Source of the DNA: Desulfobacterales bacterium
Lineage (GTDB): Bacteria > Desulfobacterota > Desulfobacteria > Desulfobacterales > UBA2174
NCBI GenBank assembly: GCA_963668645.2
Contig: CAXXWC010000013.1
Span: 192,001 to 256,000, forward strand
Direction: 5' to 3'
DNA length: 64,000 nt
Positions 9,302 to 18,184 of the stretch are shown piece by piece. The translations under genes were made by a program, and so were the position numbers. The notes under the pieces were generated by a model. That model did not search any database. It was not told where the DNA came from and saw only the letters and a program-made list of their open reading frames with translations. The first letter of the stretch is position 1, and every line of letters begins with the position of its first letter.

Positions 9302-10198
9302 TCAACCCAGGGACATCAAGTGGGATCGTAAATTGGCCCGGCGCCCTTTGAGGCCGAACTTGGTGCGCAAATTCTTGCGGTGAAAGTTCACCGTGGCCTC
9401 GGTTATGTTGAGCAGGGTGGCGACCTCCTTGCTTGTCTTGCCGTCCTTGACCAACTGGGCGATCTGAAGCTCCTGGGGGGTAAGCAGGAGCCCGGCATTG
9501 GCCATTTGCTGTAAAAACGGAGAAATGACATCCCGCAGGTGGGTGTCGATAATCTCCACCATCGTCTTTTCCCGGGGGCGCAACGGGGCGGTCTTGAGTT
9601 TTTCCACATAGGGGAAAACCAGGTCCTTGATATTGGCCAGGACCTTGCGCTCCAGCTCCATTTTGTCCGCTTCGCGTTGCTTGAGCAGAACCTTGAGGGC
9701 GATGTTGGCTTCTTCGAGACTTTGTTTCTGTTCTTCGAGTTCAGCCTCGCGGGCACGCAAGGCCTCTTCGGTAAGCTTGAGGGCCGTGATGTCCTCGTGG
9801 CTGACCACCACCCGGATCGGGCCGGGTCCGGTCATGCGGATGGCGCGCATGTAGTACCAGTTCTGGCCGCCGGGTCCGTGGCAGGGATAGTCGTAGAGGA
9901 ATTCGGTCTCCCTGCCTTCGATGACGGCCCGGATCCCGGTTGCCACACAACATGCGCCCTCGGCGTCCTCGCCTCGGGTCGCCTCACAAATGTTCAGATA
10001 ATTGGTGCCGACGGCATCCGGGGTCCCCCGCAGCCGGTTGCGCTGGGCATAGGTACGCCAGGCCTCATTGGTCTGCAGAATCACGCCATCAGCATCCAGA
10101 ATCGCGATGTGGGCCGACAGGGAATTGAGCACCGCCATGGAAAAAGGATCGGCCACCAGCCGCGTCGCATCATTTTGAGGGGGGGCCGGGAGAATCAT
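9302..10198 (-). CDS. PAS-domain LuxR-family transcriptional regulator
   Basis: PAS-like N-terminus, coiled coil, LTPQELQIAQLVKDGKTSKEVATLLNITEATVNFHRKNLRTK LuxR HTH. Confidence 0.9.
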   Translation of the reverse strand: MILPAPPQNDATRLVADPFSMAVLNSLSAHIAILDADGVILQTNEAWRTYAQRNRLRGTPDAVGTNYLNICEATRGEDAEGACCVATGIRAVIEGRETEFLYDYPCHGPGGQNWYYMRAIRMTGPGPIRVVVSHEDITALKLTEEALRAREAELEEQKQSLEEANIALKVLLKQREADKMELERKVLANIKDLVFPYVEKLKTAPLRPREKTMVEIIDTHLRDVISPFLQQMANAGLLLTPQELQIAQLVKDGKTSKEVATLLNITEATVNFHRKNLRTKFGLKGRRANLRSHLMSLG

Positions 10199-10269
10199 TT
10201 CTTGCCCTGATGGTCATGACCGTATAGGCGCCGATGAAAGGGCGCCGGGAAGCCTGCAACAGATAACTA

Positions 10270-11940
10270 GTTTCCGTCCATAAATCGCCAAAATCAGCCG
10301 CCCGAGGACCCTGCAAAGAGGCGGCAGGCGAATAATCTCGAAAGAATTTAGCAAAAAACAAGCCCTTAACAGTAAATGTTACCATTCACCCTAAAATCCG
10401 GGAACACCTCACCTGTTGGCTTTACGTATCGAACGGGTGCCGTACCGTCAGGCCAACTGTTTGCGGGCAATCGTAAGCAGGTTGGCCGAAACGATCGACG
10501 CCCAAACATAACTCTGGAACGATCGCCATCCTTTCCAAATGCACCGATCCAGCCCCAGGCTGCGCTTGAGCCAGGATATGCCCGCCTCGATGCCGGCCCG
10601 GAAGCGACGAAGGCGCCTGTACACATACGGGCTGCGGCACATCTTCTCCGGGTCCAGGCCGCGCTTTTTGGCAAAACAGACGTCTTTGATTCCCTTGTCC
10701 TTGGCGGCCTTCAAATTCGCCTTGGAAGCAAACCCTCCGTCCAGTGCAACTTTGAGCGGGCAGCGCCCGTAAATCTTTTCTTGCCGATCGAGCATCGTCT
10801 GGGTCAAGGTCACATCGGCCGGGTTGCCTTCCACGATCTGACAATCGAGAATCAGGTTCGAACGGCCTCCGGTCAGACATATCTTGTGACCGAAAAATGT
10901 GTCGCGCCGGTCCTTGACGATGATGTCGGTATGCTCCTCGAAAATCGACACGAGCTTTTCCGAGGCCGGAACCTTCTCTCCTTTGATGACGCGGCGCTGG
11001 GTCTGCGCGATGACCTTTTCAGTCAGTGCAACGTAGCGTTCCAATTCAAAAAACAGGCCCAGCGCGGTCAGGTTGTCAGCACCGACCGTCTTGAGCCGTT
11101 CGATAGCGCGCCGGGCCGAAGCCAACGACTTTGCCGTGTACTTGAGAAGATCGACATAGGCCCCACGACGTTCATTTTTGCTGCGGGCGTACTGAATTTT
11201 GACCATGCGCCGTTTGGCCACCCGGCGGTGATCGTGGTATCCAAATCGGCCCAGGCCAAGATCCCGGACCCTTTGCTGCAACCGGCTCAGCACCCGGACA
11301 CAATCATACAGCAGGCTCGAATCACTGGGCGCGTGGATATTGCTTTCGACAACCGTACAATCGATACGTGCCACACGGCCTTTTTCGATCTTGTTTTGTT
11401 TGGCATAACCGAGCACTTCAAGGTTGATCGCCTCCCAGGTCTGATCCGACAGGGCCTTGATGTTTTTGTTGAGCACCGACTTTTTGAACCCCTTGTCGGC
11501 AATGCCGATACGGCAAAAACGCCGGATACTCTGGCTGTCGACCAGATGAAAAGCCAGGTCCTGGTAGGTCAACTCGTGGAGCCTCATCACCACGGCCGCT
11601 CGCAGCACCTGCTCGGCGCTCATGCCTTTTGCCCCGGCACGGCTGACAACACGGCGCCGCTTGCAAAGATCTTGCAGCACGAACTCGGTGATGATAGGTT
11701 TGCTGTCCAGGATGCCGGAGATGGCTTCGAGCTCTTGGGCTTGGATGTGGCTGGCGATCTCGGGCATCAGGGGCATTTGGCGTTGCCATTTTTCGCGCAT
11801 TTTGTGTTGGTCCTTTTCTCGGCTTTGTTAGTATTTACGGTTGTTTGGCGACATCGTTTATACTACACTCAGCCTCGAAACTCCAGCACAAAATGCGCTT
11901 TTTTTATGCCGGCCGGATAGTTACGGCCGCGGATGGACAC
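10270..11940 (-). mobile_element. Insertion sequence (IS5-like/ISNCY DDE), 1671 bp
   Basis: Imperfect terminal IRs GTTTCCGTCC / GGATGGACAC, flanked by TAACTA direct repeats (10264-10269, 11941-11946). Confidence 0.9.
10448..11800 (-). CDS. DDE transposase
   Basis: RIDCTVVESNIHAPSDSSLL, ALDGGF, RFRAGIEAGISWLKR motifs. Confidence 0.93.
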   Translation of the reverse strand: MREKWQRQMPLMPEIASHIQAQELEAISGILDSKPIITEFVLQDLCKRRRVVSRAGAKGMSAEQVLRAAVVMRLHELTYQDLAFHLVDSQSIRRFCRIGIADKGFKKSVLNKNIKALSDQTWEAINLEVLGYAKQNKIEKGRVARIDCTVVESNIHAPSDSSLLYDCVRVLSRLQQRVRDLGLGRFGYHDHRRVAKRRMVKIQYARSKNERRGAYVDLLKYTAKSLASARRAIERLKTVGADNLTALGLFFELERYVALTEKVIAQTQRRVIKGEKVPASEKLVSIFEEHTDIIVKDRRDTFFGHKICLTGGRSNLILDCQIVEGNPADVTLTQTMLDRQEKIYGRCPLKVALDGGFASKANLKAAKDKGIKDVCFAKKRGLDPEKMCRSPYVYRRLRRFRAGIEAGISWLKRSLGLDRCIWKGWRSFQSYVWASIVSANLLTIARKQLA

Positions 11941-11946
11941 TAACTA

Positions 11947-12087
11947 GTGTCCTCCATAAACGGCACCTTTCGGCCCCTGGCGGCGTTCTGGCTCGTTTCC
12001 AATCCTCGAAATAGCGGGCTATTGCTCCGGTTGGAAACTTGCTCGGGCCTTGCCGGGAACCAAAAATCACCATTTATGGACGGACAC
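11947..12087. mobile_element. MITE (141 bp), non-autonomous relative of the adjacent IS
   Basis: TIRs GTGTCC-TCCATAAA / TTTATGGACGGACAC; TAACTA on both sides (11941-11946, 12088-12093); long internal imperfect palindrome. Confidence 0.85.
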
Positions 12088-12340
12088 TAACTACTTACAC
12101 CCGAAAAGGGAACCTCTGTCAAGTTGCCTGGCTGCCGCTATCGGATCAAGCCCCGGTGAAACATACCGCCGGTACGCGCTTGTATCGGCTGGAAGTCAAG
12201 ACGGTTGGCATGGATTACAGCGGATGCTGAAAACAGGTGGCCTGGCCGCAGGCGGCCAAATGGCAAGGATCCCCGGCCGCGCCTGTCTGTTCGTGCCGAG
12301 GTGCAGCGCAAAGACGGCTCACGGCCGTCGTTTATCGCGC

Positions 12341-12535
12341 TCAGGAAAATCCACCGCCGGCCGGTGCGGCGCAGCGGCCCAGGCTGGCATTGGAAAAGAC
12401 GCTTGATGCACTCATCAGGCGCGTGACGTTGGTGCCCCGGCACTGGGGGCAATGAACCGGGTCGCGGTCGGTTTGAAACACCAGGCGTTCAAAGGTAGAG
12501 TCACAATCCTTGCAGCAGTACTCATAGATCGGCAT
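12341..12535 (-). CDS. FmdB-family zinc-ribbon protein
   Basis: MPIYEYCCKDCDSTFE...CPQCRG signature. Confidence 0.9.
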   Translation of the reverse strand: MPIYEYCCKDCDSTFERLVFQTDRDPVHCPQCRGTNVTRLMSASSVFSNASLGRCAAPAGGGFS

Positions 12536-12710
12536 TGCTCGTTTCCTTTCTTCAGTGGGGTGGTCCGATTTTTTTCCAGGTATTATCGATCCCTCAATCT
12601 GTCAAAGGTTACAGCGCCGGAAGCGGCGGTTTTGACGAATCGTGGTGGATGGGTTACATGCGGGCATGACGGTGCGAACCGACAATGCCCGAAGAGAGGA
12701 GCTTTCGTTG

Positions 12711-13094
12711 ATGGAGCCTTACCGTTTCGAGGTCCAGATTTTTTACGAGGATACGGATCATTCTGGGGTCGTGTACCATGCCAACTACCTCAAATACTTC
12801 GAGCGGGCCCGGGAGGCGGTCATCGGCGCACAGCAGCTGGTGCAGCTTTGGAACGAAGAAGGCCTGGGCTTTGCGGTTTACCGGGCAAAAATCGATTACC
12901 TGGACGGGGCCCAGTTCGGCGAACGGCTCGAAATCCGTTCCACCTTCAACCGGGAAAGCGATTATCGCCTGATCTGGCAACAGGAGGCCTGGCGTCCGGG
13001 GGCTGTCAAGGCGGCGGTCCGCGCCGAGGTCCACCTGGTCTGCCTCGATCGCGAGCGGCGCCTGCATCCCATTCCCCTGTGGCGCCGGTCTTAG
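12711..13094 (+). CDS. YbgC/FadM-family acyl-CoA thioesterase
   Basis: YEDTDHSGVVYHANYLKYFERAR motif; GAGGAG RBS. Confidence 0.9.
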   Translation: MEPYRFEVQIFYEDTDHSGVVYHANYLKYFERAREAVIGAQQLVQLWNEEGLGFAVYRAKIDYLDGAQFGERLEIRSTFNRESDYRLIWQQEAWRPGAVKAAVRAEVHLVCLDRERRLHPIPLWRRS

Positions 13095-13153
13095 CAGCTC
13101 GCGGATAAACGGCGTATCGGCAGGCAGCCGGTATCCTGAAAAACAGGTGCCCC

Positions 13154-13549
13154 TTATTCCCAGCGGTTGTCCTTTGTTCTGCGCAGGTCAATGTAGCTCA
13201 CCCGCCCCTGCTCGCTGACGAAACTGTTCAGCAGCCAGCTGACGGCACTGATCAGCAGGGCCCCGCCCACCGCGGACCCGAAGCTGCTGACCTGCAAACC
13301 GCCGATTACCCCTGAGGCCATCATGAGCATCAGGGCATTGATAACAAAGGTGAACAGGCCGAAGCTGAGAATGTTGATCGGCAGGGTGAGGATCAGCAGG
13401 ATGGGCCGCAGCAGGGCATTGAGTATACCGAGAATGGCGGCGGCGAAAAAGGCGCTGAAAAAGCCGCTTACCCGGATTCCGTCGATCAGGTAGGCCGCCG
13501 CCAGAATCGCCAGGGTCAGCGCCAGCCAACGAATCAGGATACCGCGCAT
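13154..13549 (-). CDS. Phage-holin-4 / YvlD-like membrane protein
   Basis: LNALLRPILLILTLPINILSFGLFTFVINA signature. Confidence 0.85.
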   Translation of the reverse strand: MRGILIRWLALTLAILAAAYLIDGIRVSGFFSAFFAAAILGILNALLRPILLILTLPINILSFGLFTFVINALMLMMASGVIGGLQVSSFGSAVGGALLISAVSWLLNSFVSEQGRVSYIDLRRTKDNRWE

Positions 13550-13850
13550 TTGATCTCCTCTCTGAAATTGTCTTGACGATGGATGAATGTACCGGTTCCA
13601 AAAATAAGTCCCCCGGCCGCAAAAGAAAGGTCTGATTTTCGGTCTTTCGCCGTCTTGGAAGCACCCATCGATCCTGGCTCCTCCCCAAACGGCTCTGAAT
13701 GGAGGCTGGCTGTTGATCTGAACCGGGGGTTTTGCGTATAGTGGCGCTTACGACCGGCTGGATCCGGGCCGCCGGGCTTACATTCCAAACCGTGACTTGT
13801 CGAAAATCCGGCTCATTTTGAATGCGGCCAGCGCCAAAGGCGAAAAAGCG

Positions 13851-15482
13851 ATGACAATCCGTACCTGCGTGGCCCCGACGGGCGCCTTTGTCTATGGAAT
13901 CCACAAACCGGCTTTCACCGTGGCCAACCACCGCCAGGCGGATCCGGCCTGGGTGCTCGGTCTTACCGGGGACGGGCGGCCGGTGGACAACCGCGTCAAT
14001 CTGCCGTCCGGGGCCGTGGCTGAACCGGCCGCCGATTGGATCTATGAAGTGCCCAACCCTTTTGCCTTTCGCGGGGCCACCTTCATCGTCAAGCGATGGG
14101 CCGATCAGCGGGCGGTGGCGCCCGAAAAGATCGGGTTGCCGCCTTTGCCGCAGGTCTCCTTGCATGAGACGGTGGCGGGCTGGGCCGAGCCGGAAAAAGG
14201 TGCCGAAATCCTGCGGCAAAAGGTTTTCGACACCTTGCCGCCCCCTTTGCGTTTAGCCTTGGCGGTGGGCAGCACCGATCCGCGGGACCTGGTGCGTCTG
14301 GCCCACGGCTGCTGCCGCTTTGTCGAAAAAGACGGCCGGCCCGAGGGGTTGGCCTTCAGCCGCGACTCCAACGGGATCGCAAAGCCGCAGATCAGCGATC
14401 CGGCCCTCTTCGAAGCTTTGGCCAACAATCCGGCCCTGCCGGACCGCTACAAACGGATCATGGTGTTGAGGCCCGGGGTCCAGGGAACCAGCGAGATCAC
14501 CGCCGACTGGTGCAGCGCGGACGGCTCCAGCCGGGTCTACGAATATTTGCGGCGCAACTCCTACATCCCCTGGGGACATTTTGCCGCCAACATGGCCGAG
14601 GATGCCGTCCGTTATCGCAGTGCCGATCTGACCGCCACAGATATATCCGGCCTGCGCCACCTCTACTACCAGCGCACCTTTCAGCGGCTGGCCGAAATCC
14701 TGGGCCTGGTCCAGCCCCCGGCGCCCCACCCGCTGGATGGACAAGCCCTGGAAGCGTTGCGCCGGCAGATCGTGGCAGCCCGGGCCCGCAAACCGCTGCC
14801 CTTTGACGCCACCCTCTGGGGCTGGAATTTCGGCTTCGATTTTTCCCCCAACGGCTACCGCATGCACGGGTCTCACCAGCAGGTGCACCAGCAGTACGCC
14901 CTGGTTCCCACGGCGGCCGAAAGCGTTCCGGCCGCCGCCGGGGGCGTTTTTCAGCCTTACGCCTGCGGGGATCTGGTGCGCCGCTTCATCCGGGAATTTC
15001 GGCGCGAGACCGGCCGCGGATTCTTCGAGTGCTACCTCGAAGCCATACGCGCCAACCGGCGTATGGACGATCGAACCGGGACCGAAGCGAGCCTGATCGT
15101 CTACGAGGACCGGCAGGTGATCCTTTTCGTGCCCAAGGCCCAGACCAGCCAGTGGGAACTGCAGCTGATGCCGCTGGCGCCGGTGGGCCACGTGCTGGAA
15201 GCCGATGCCGACATGCGCCGCAGCCTGGACCGGGCGATCCTTCTGGCGGTGCGGATCCTCGGGGCCATGGGGGCGCGCATGATCACCACCATCGAATATG
15301 CCAAGCGCTTTTCAGATACCGACACCGAACAGCACCTGATCTACGCATTCCTGCCCAAGCTGCCCGAGTCGCCCGGCGCTTTTACCGAGGCCCAGCTGCG
15401 CTGGATCGGGGGCCACTACCCCGAGGATTTCGCCATCGCCTGCCGGGCGCGGCTGCCGGCTGTGCTGGTCGCCATGGGCTGA
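13851..15482 (+). CDS. Hypothetical protein with possible GalT/HIT-like C-terminal fold
   Basis: Long ORF with genome-typical codon usage; HGSHQQVHQQ and IVYED..ILFVPKA...WELQLMP resemble GalT segments. Confidence 0.6.
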   Translation: MTIRTCVAPTGAFVYGIHKPAFTVANHRQADPAWVLGLTGDGRPVDNRVNLPSGAVAEPAADWIYEVPNPFAFRGATFIVKRWADQRAVAPEKIGLPPLPQVSLHETVAGWAEPEKGAEILRQKVFDTLPPPLRLALAVGSTDPRDLVRLAHGCCRFVEKDGRPEGLAFSRDSNGIAKPQISDPALFEALANNPALPDRYKRIMVLRPGVQGTSEITADWCSADGSSRVYEYLRRNSYIPWGHFAANMAEDAVRYRSADLTATDISGLRHLYYQRTFQRLAEILGLVQPPAPHPLDGQALEALRRQIVAARARKPLPFDATLWGWNFGFDFSPNGYRMHGSHQQVHQQYALVPTAAESVPAAAGGVFQPYACGDLVRRFIREFRRETGRGFFECYLEAIRANRRMDDRTGTEASLIVYEDRQVILFVPKAQTSQWELQLMPLAPVGHVLEADADMRRSLDRAILLAVRILGAMGARMITTIEYAKRFSDTDTEQHLIYAFLPKLPESPGAFTEAQLRWIGGHYPEDFAIACRARLPAVLVAMG

Positions 15483-15535
15483 GGGCTTTTTACCGGCACC
15501 GGCAGCCTGTGGCACGGATCCGTGTACTGCATTGA

Positions 15536-17416
15536 TCACACCTTGATCGCCTCCAGGCCCAGCGTCTTGCGCTTGGTCTCGATGTGCCGGCGCATCAGGA
15601 CGGCGGCTTTTTCGGGGTCGGGCTCCACGGCAAAGGCCGCACCCACCGCCGCGCTCAACCCTTCGGTGAGCAGCTTGACCACATTGGCGCTGCCCGCGAT
15701 GGGCGGCATGGGACCCAGCACGGTATAAACCCCCGAGGCCACGAAGTAGGCCCCGATGGAGACCGCTTTTTCCGAGTACCACTCCGGGGCCGCGCCGGCG
15801 ATGGGCAGATCGCTGATGTCCGTACCCAAGGCGTCGGCCAGGGCCGCGGCCAGGACCAGGATGCGCACGTTGTCCACGCAGGAGCCGAAATGGAGCACCG
15901 GCGGGATCCCCAAAGCGCCGCAGATTTCTTTGAGCCCGGGGCCGGCCAGGGAAAGGGCGTCGGTGGTCTTCAACCCGGCTTTGGCCGTGGCCACCGCCGC
16001 ACAGCCGGTATCGACCACCAGTACGTCGTTGGCGATCAGTTGGCGCACCATGGCCACATGGCCGTGGTCGTGCTTGATTTTCGGGTTGTTGCAGCCCACC
16101 ACCCCGGCCGCTCCGCGGATCTTGCCGGCCTTGATGGCCTCTATCAGCGGTGCCGGGGTGCCGCCCAGGGCGCCGACCACCGCTTCGACTGAAAAACCGC
16201 CCACCGCCGCTACCGGCTCCACCGGAATATAGCTCTCGCCCCGATTGGCGAAGTTTTCCACGGCCAGCCGCACGATCTGGCGCGCTTTTTCCAGGGCGTT
16301 GGGCGGATGAAATTCATGGTGTTCCATCCCCGGAAAACGCGCCTTGTCGCTGGTGGAGATCATCCGGGTGTGGTAGCAGGTGGCCACCGTGCCCAAGGAA
16401 GGCATGATGCACTGGTAGTCGACGATCATCATTTCCACGACCCCGGTGGCGATCACCAGTTCGGTCATCAGATGGTTGCCGGCCATGGGAATCCCGTGGC
16501 GCATCAACAATTCGTTGCCCGTACAGCAGAGCCCGGCAAGGTTGATCCCCGCAGCCCCCTGCTCGCGGGCCAGGGCCAGAAGCTCGGGATCCTGGCAGGC
16601 CTGGAGGATGGTTTCCGAAACCACGGGGTTGTGGCCGTGGACGATGATGTTGACCTGGTCTTTTTTCAAAACCCCCACGTTGGCCTGGGTCGGGCAGGGC
16701 TTGGGGGTGCCGAAGAGGATGTCGGAGACTTCGGTGGCGATCATCGAGCCGCCCCAACCGTCGGACAGGGCGTTGCGCAGCGTGTGCAGCAGTACGCTCT
16801 GCCAGCCGTTGTCGACCCCCATGTGGGTGCGGTGCATCATCTCCGAGGTTTCTCGGTCGATGCCTCTGGGCATGATCCCGAGCCGGCGCCAAAGTTCGCG
16901 GCGTTTGGCCGGGGCCCGGGCCGCCAGGGTGAGTTCGTTTTTGCGGGTGCCGTAGTCCTCCTGCATGGCGTGGGCCAATTGGCCGGCCACCTCTTCGGCT
17001 GTTTTGCCCTCAATGGGGATCCCGTATTCGATGGCCACGCGGTTGAGCTTGGCCGGGTCGTGAATCGTGTAGCCCGGGGCCCGGCCCTCGGCCACCGAGG
17101 CCAGCACCTCCACCAGGTCCCGTCCGTGATCGGAATGGGCTGCGGCCCCGGCGGCGACCATGCGTCCGAGGTTGCGCGCCACGATGATATCGGCGTCCGC
17201 GCCGCAAACCCCCTTCTGGGGGCCTTCACCGAAAGGATCCACCCGGCAGGGCCCCATGTTGCAGACCCGGCAACTGATGCCCATCTCGCAGTAGCCACAC
17301 TGGGGCAGTTGGGCATGATAGCGGTCCCAGGCGGTTTCGATCTGGTCGGCTTCGGCTTTTTTGAGCAGCAACTGGCCGTCGCGGGTTATGGTTTTTTCCT
17401 TGTGATGATGCGTCAT
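15536..17416 (-). CDS. cooS: Anaerobic Ni,Fe carbon-monoxide dehydrogenase catalytic subunit
   Basis: CGYCEMGISCRVCNMGPC, HSDHGR, HGHNP, LCCTGNE, DYQC, GCNN, TGC, GSCVD, EWYSEKA; GGAGGGAGG RBS before ATG 17416. Confidence 0.96.
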   Translation of the reverse strand: MTHHHKEKTITRDGQLLLKKAEADQIETAWDRYHAQLPQCGYCEMGISCRVCNMGPCRVDPFGEGPQKGVCGADADIIVARNLGRMVAAGAAAHSDHGRDLVEVLASVAEGRAPGYTIHDPAKLNRVAIEYGIPIEGKTAEEVAGQLAHAMQEDYGTRKNELTLAARAPAKRRELWRRLGIMPRGIDRETSEMMHRTHMGVDNGWQSVLLHTLRNALSDGWGGSMIATEVSDILFGTPKPCPTQANVGVLKKDQVNIIVHGHNPVVSETILQACQDPELLALAREQGAAGINLAGLCCTGNELLMRHGIPMAGNHLMTELVIATGVVEMMIVDYQCIMPSLGTVATCYHTRMISTSDKARFPGMEHHEFHPPNALEKARQIVRLAVENFANRGESYIPVEPVAAVGGFSVEAVVGALGGTPAPLIEAIKAGKIRGAAGVVGCNNPKIKHDHGHVAMVRQLIANDVLVVDTGCAAVATAKAGLKTTDALSLAGPGLKEICGALGIPPVLHFGSCVDNVRILVLAAALADALGTDISDLPIAGAAPEWYSEKAVSIGAYFVASGVYTVLGPMPPIAGSANVVKLLTEGLSAAVGAAFAVEPDPEKAAVLMRRHIETKRKTLGLEAIKV

Positions 17417-17517
17417 GGCATGCCTCCCTCCTTCTTGGAAAGTCCGGCCGTATCCGTTTCGGCCTTTACAGCAATCCATGTCTTCGATTTTACGGTACCG
17501 CCCCTCGGCCAGCGCCG

Positions 17518-18120
17518 TCAGCTCCCCGTATGGGTCTGGCAGCAGGCCTGTTTGTGGGCTGCGAGCAGGGCGAAGCCCGGAGCCGGAGGCGGACAGATGG
17601 CGCCGCTCGATACACTGCGGGCCACTTCGTCGGTGCGCCGGCGCGCCGCCAGGTCGGGCGATTCGAAGGTCAGTGCCCCGCTTTTGCAGATTTCCACGCA
17701 GGCCGGCACCAGGCCCCGGGCCTGGCGTGCCAGGCAGTTGTCGCATTTGACCGCCACAGTTTTTTCCGGGGGGCCGTCCCAGACCGGATGGTAGCGGATT
17801 ACCCCGTAGGGACAAGCCATGGCACAAGAGGCGCAGTTGATGCAGCGGTCCGCTTCCACCAGGACGGTACCGCTTTGCGTTTCCCGATAGATCGCTGCGG
17901 GCAGGCAGGCCAGCATACAGGGGGCTGGATCGCAGTGACGGCAGCGGTTGGGGAACCCCTCGGTGAAGGCCCCGACCCCGATGTGGATGCGCGAGCGGGG
18001 CAGGGGATCTTCGGCGATGGCGCCGAGCAGGGTGCCGCTGCGCGAATGGGCCGCGGCGCAGGCCAGCATGCACTGCATGCAGCCCACGCACCGTTCAGGA
18101 TGCACGATGACTTGTTTCAT
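17518..18120 (-). CDS. cooF: CooF-type multi-[4Fe-4S] electron-transfer protein
   Basis: CVGCMQCMLAC, CRHCDPAPCMLACL, CINCASCAMACP, KCDNC...PACVEIC; adjacent to cooS. Confidence 0.9.
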   Translation of the reverse strand: MKQVIVHPERCVGCMQCMLACAAAHSRSGTLLGAIAEDPLPRSRIHIGVGAFTEGFPNRCRHCDPAPCMLACLPAAIYRETQSGTVLVEADRCINCASCAMACPYGVIRYHPVWDGPPEKTVAVKCDNCLARQARGLVPACVEICKSGALTFESPDLAARRRTDEVARSVSSGAICPPPAPGFALLAAHKQACCQTHTGS

Positions 18121-18184
18121 GGGCCCTCCTTGTCGGTTGTGCGGGCAGCCGGATAAAGGGCCGCCCTTCAGGCGTGCGGGTGAA

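Noticed and set aside
13154..13549. Prophage suggested by a holin-family gene
   Set aside because: The YvlD-like family is commonly chromosomal, and no other phage genes are present
15536..18091. 851-aa ORF suggesting an N-terminally extended or fused CooS
   Set aside because: The extension overlaps cooF in another frame and is low-complexity; a strong RBS precedes ATG 17416
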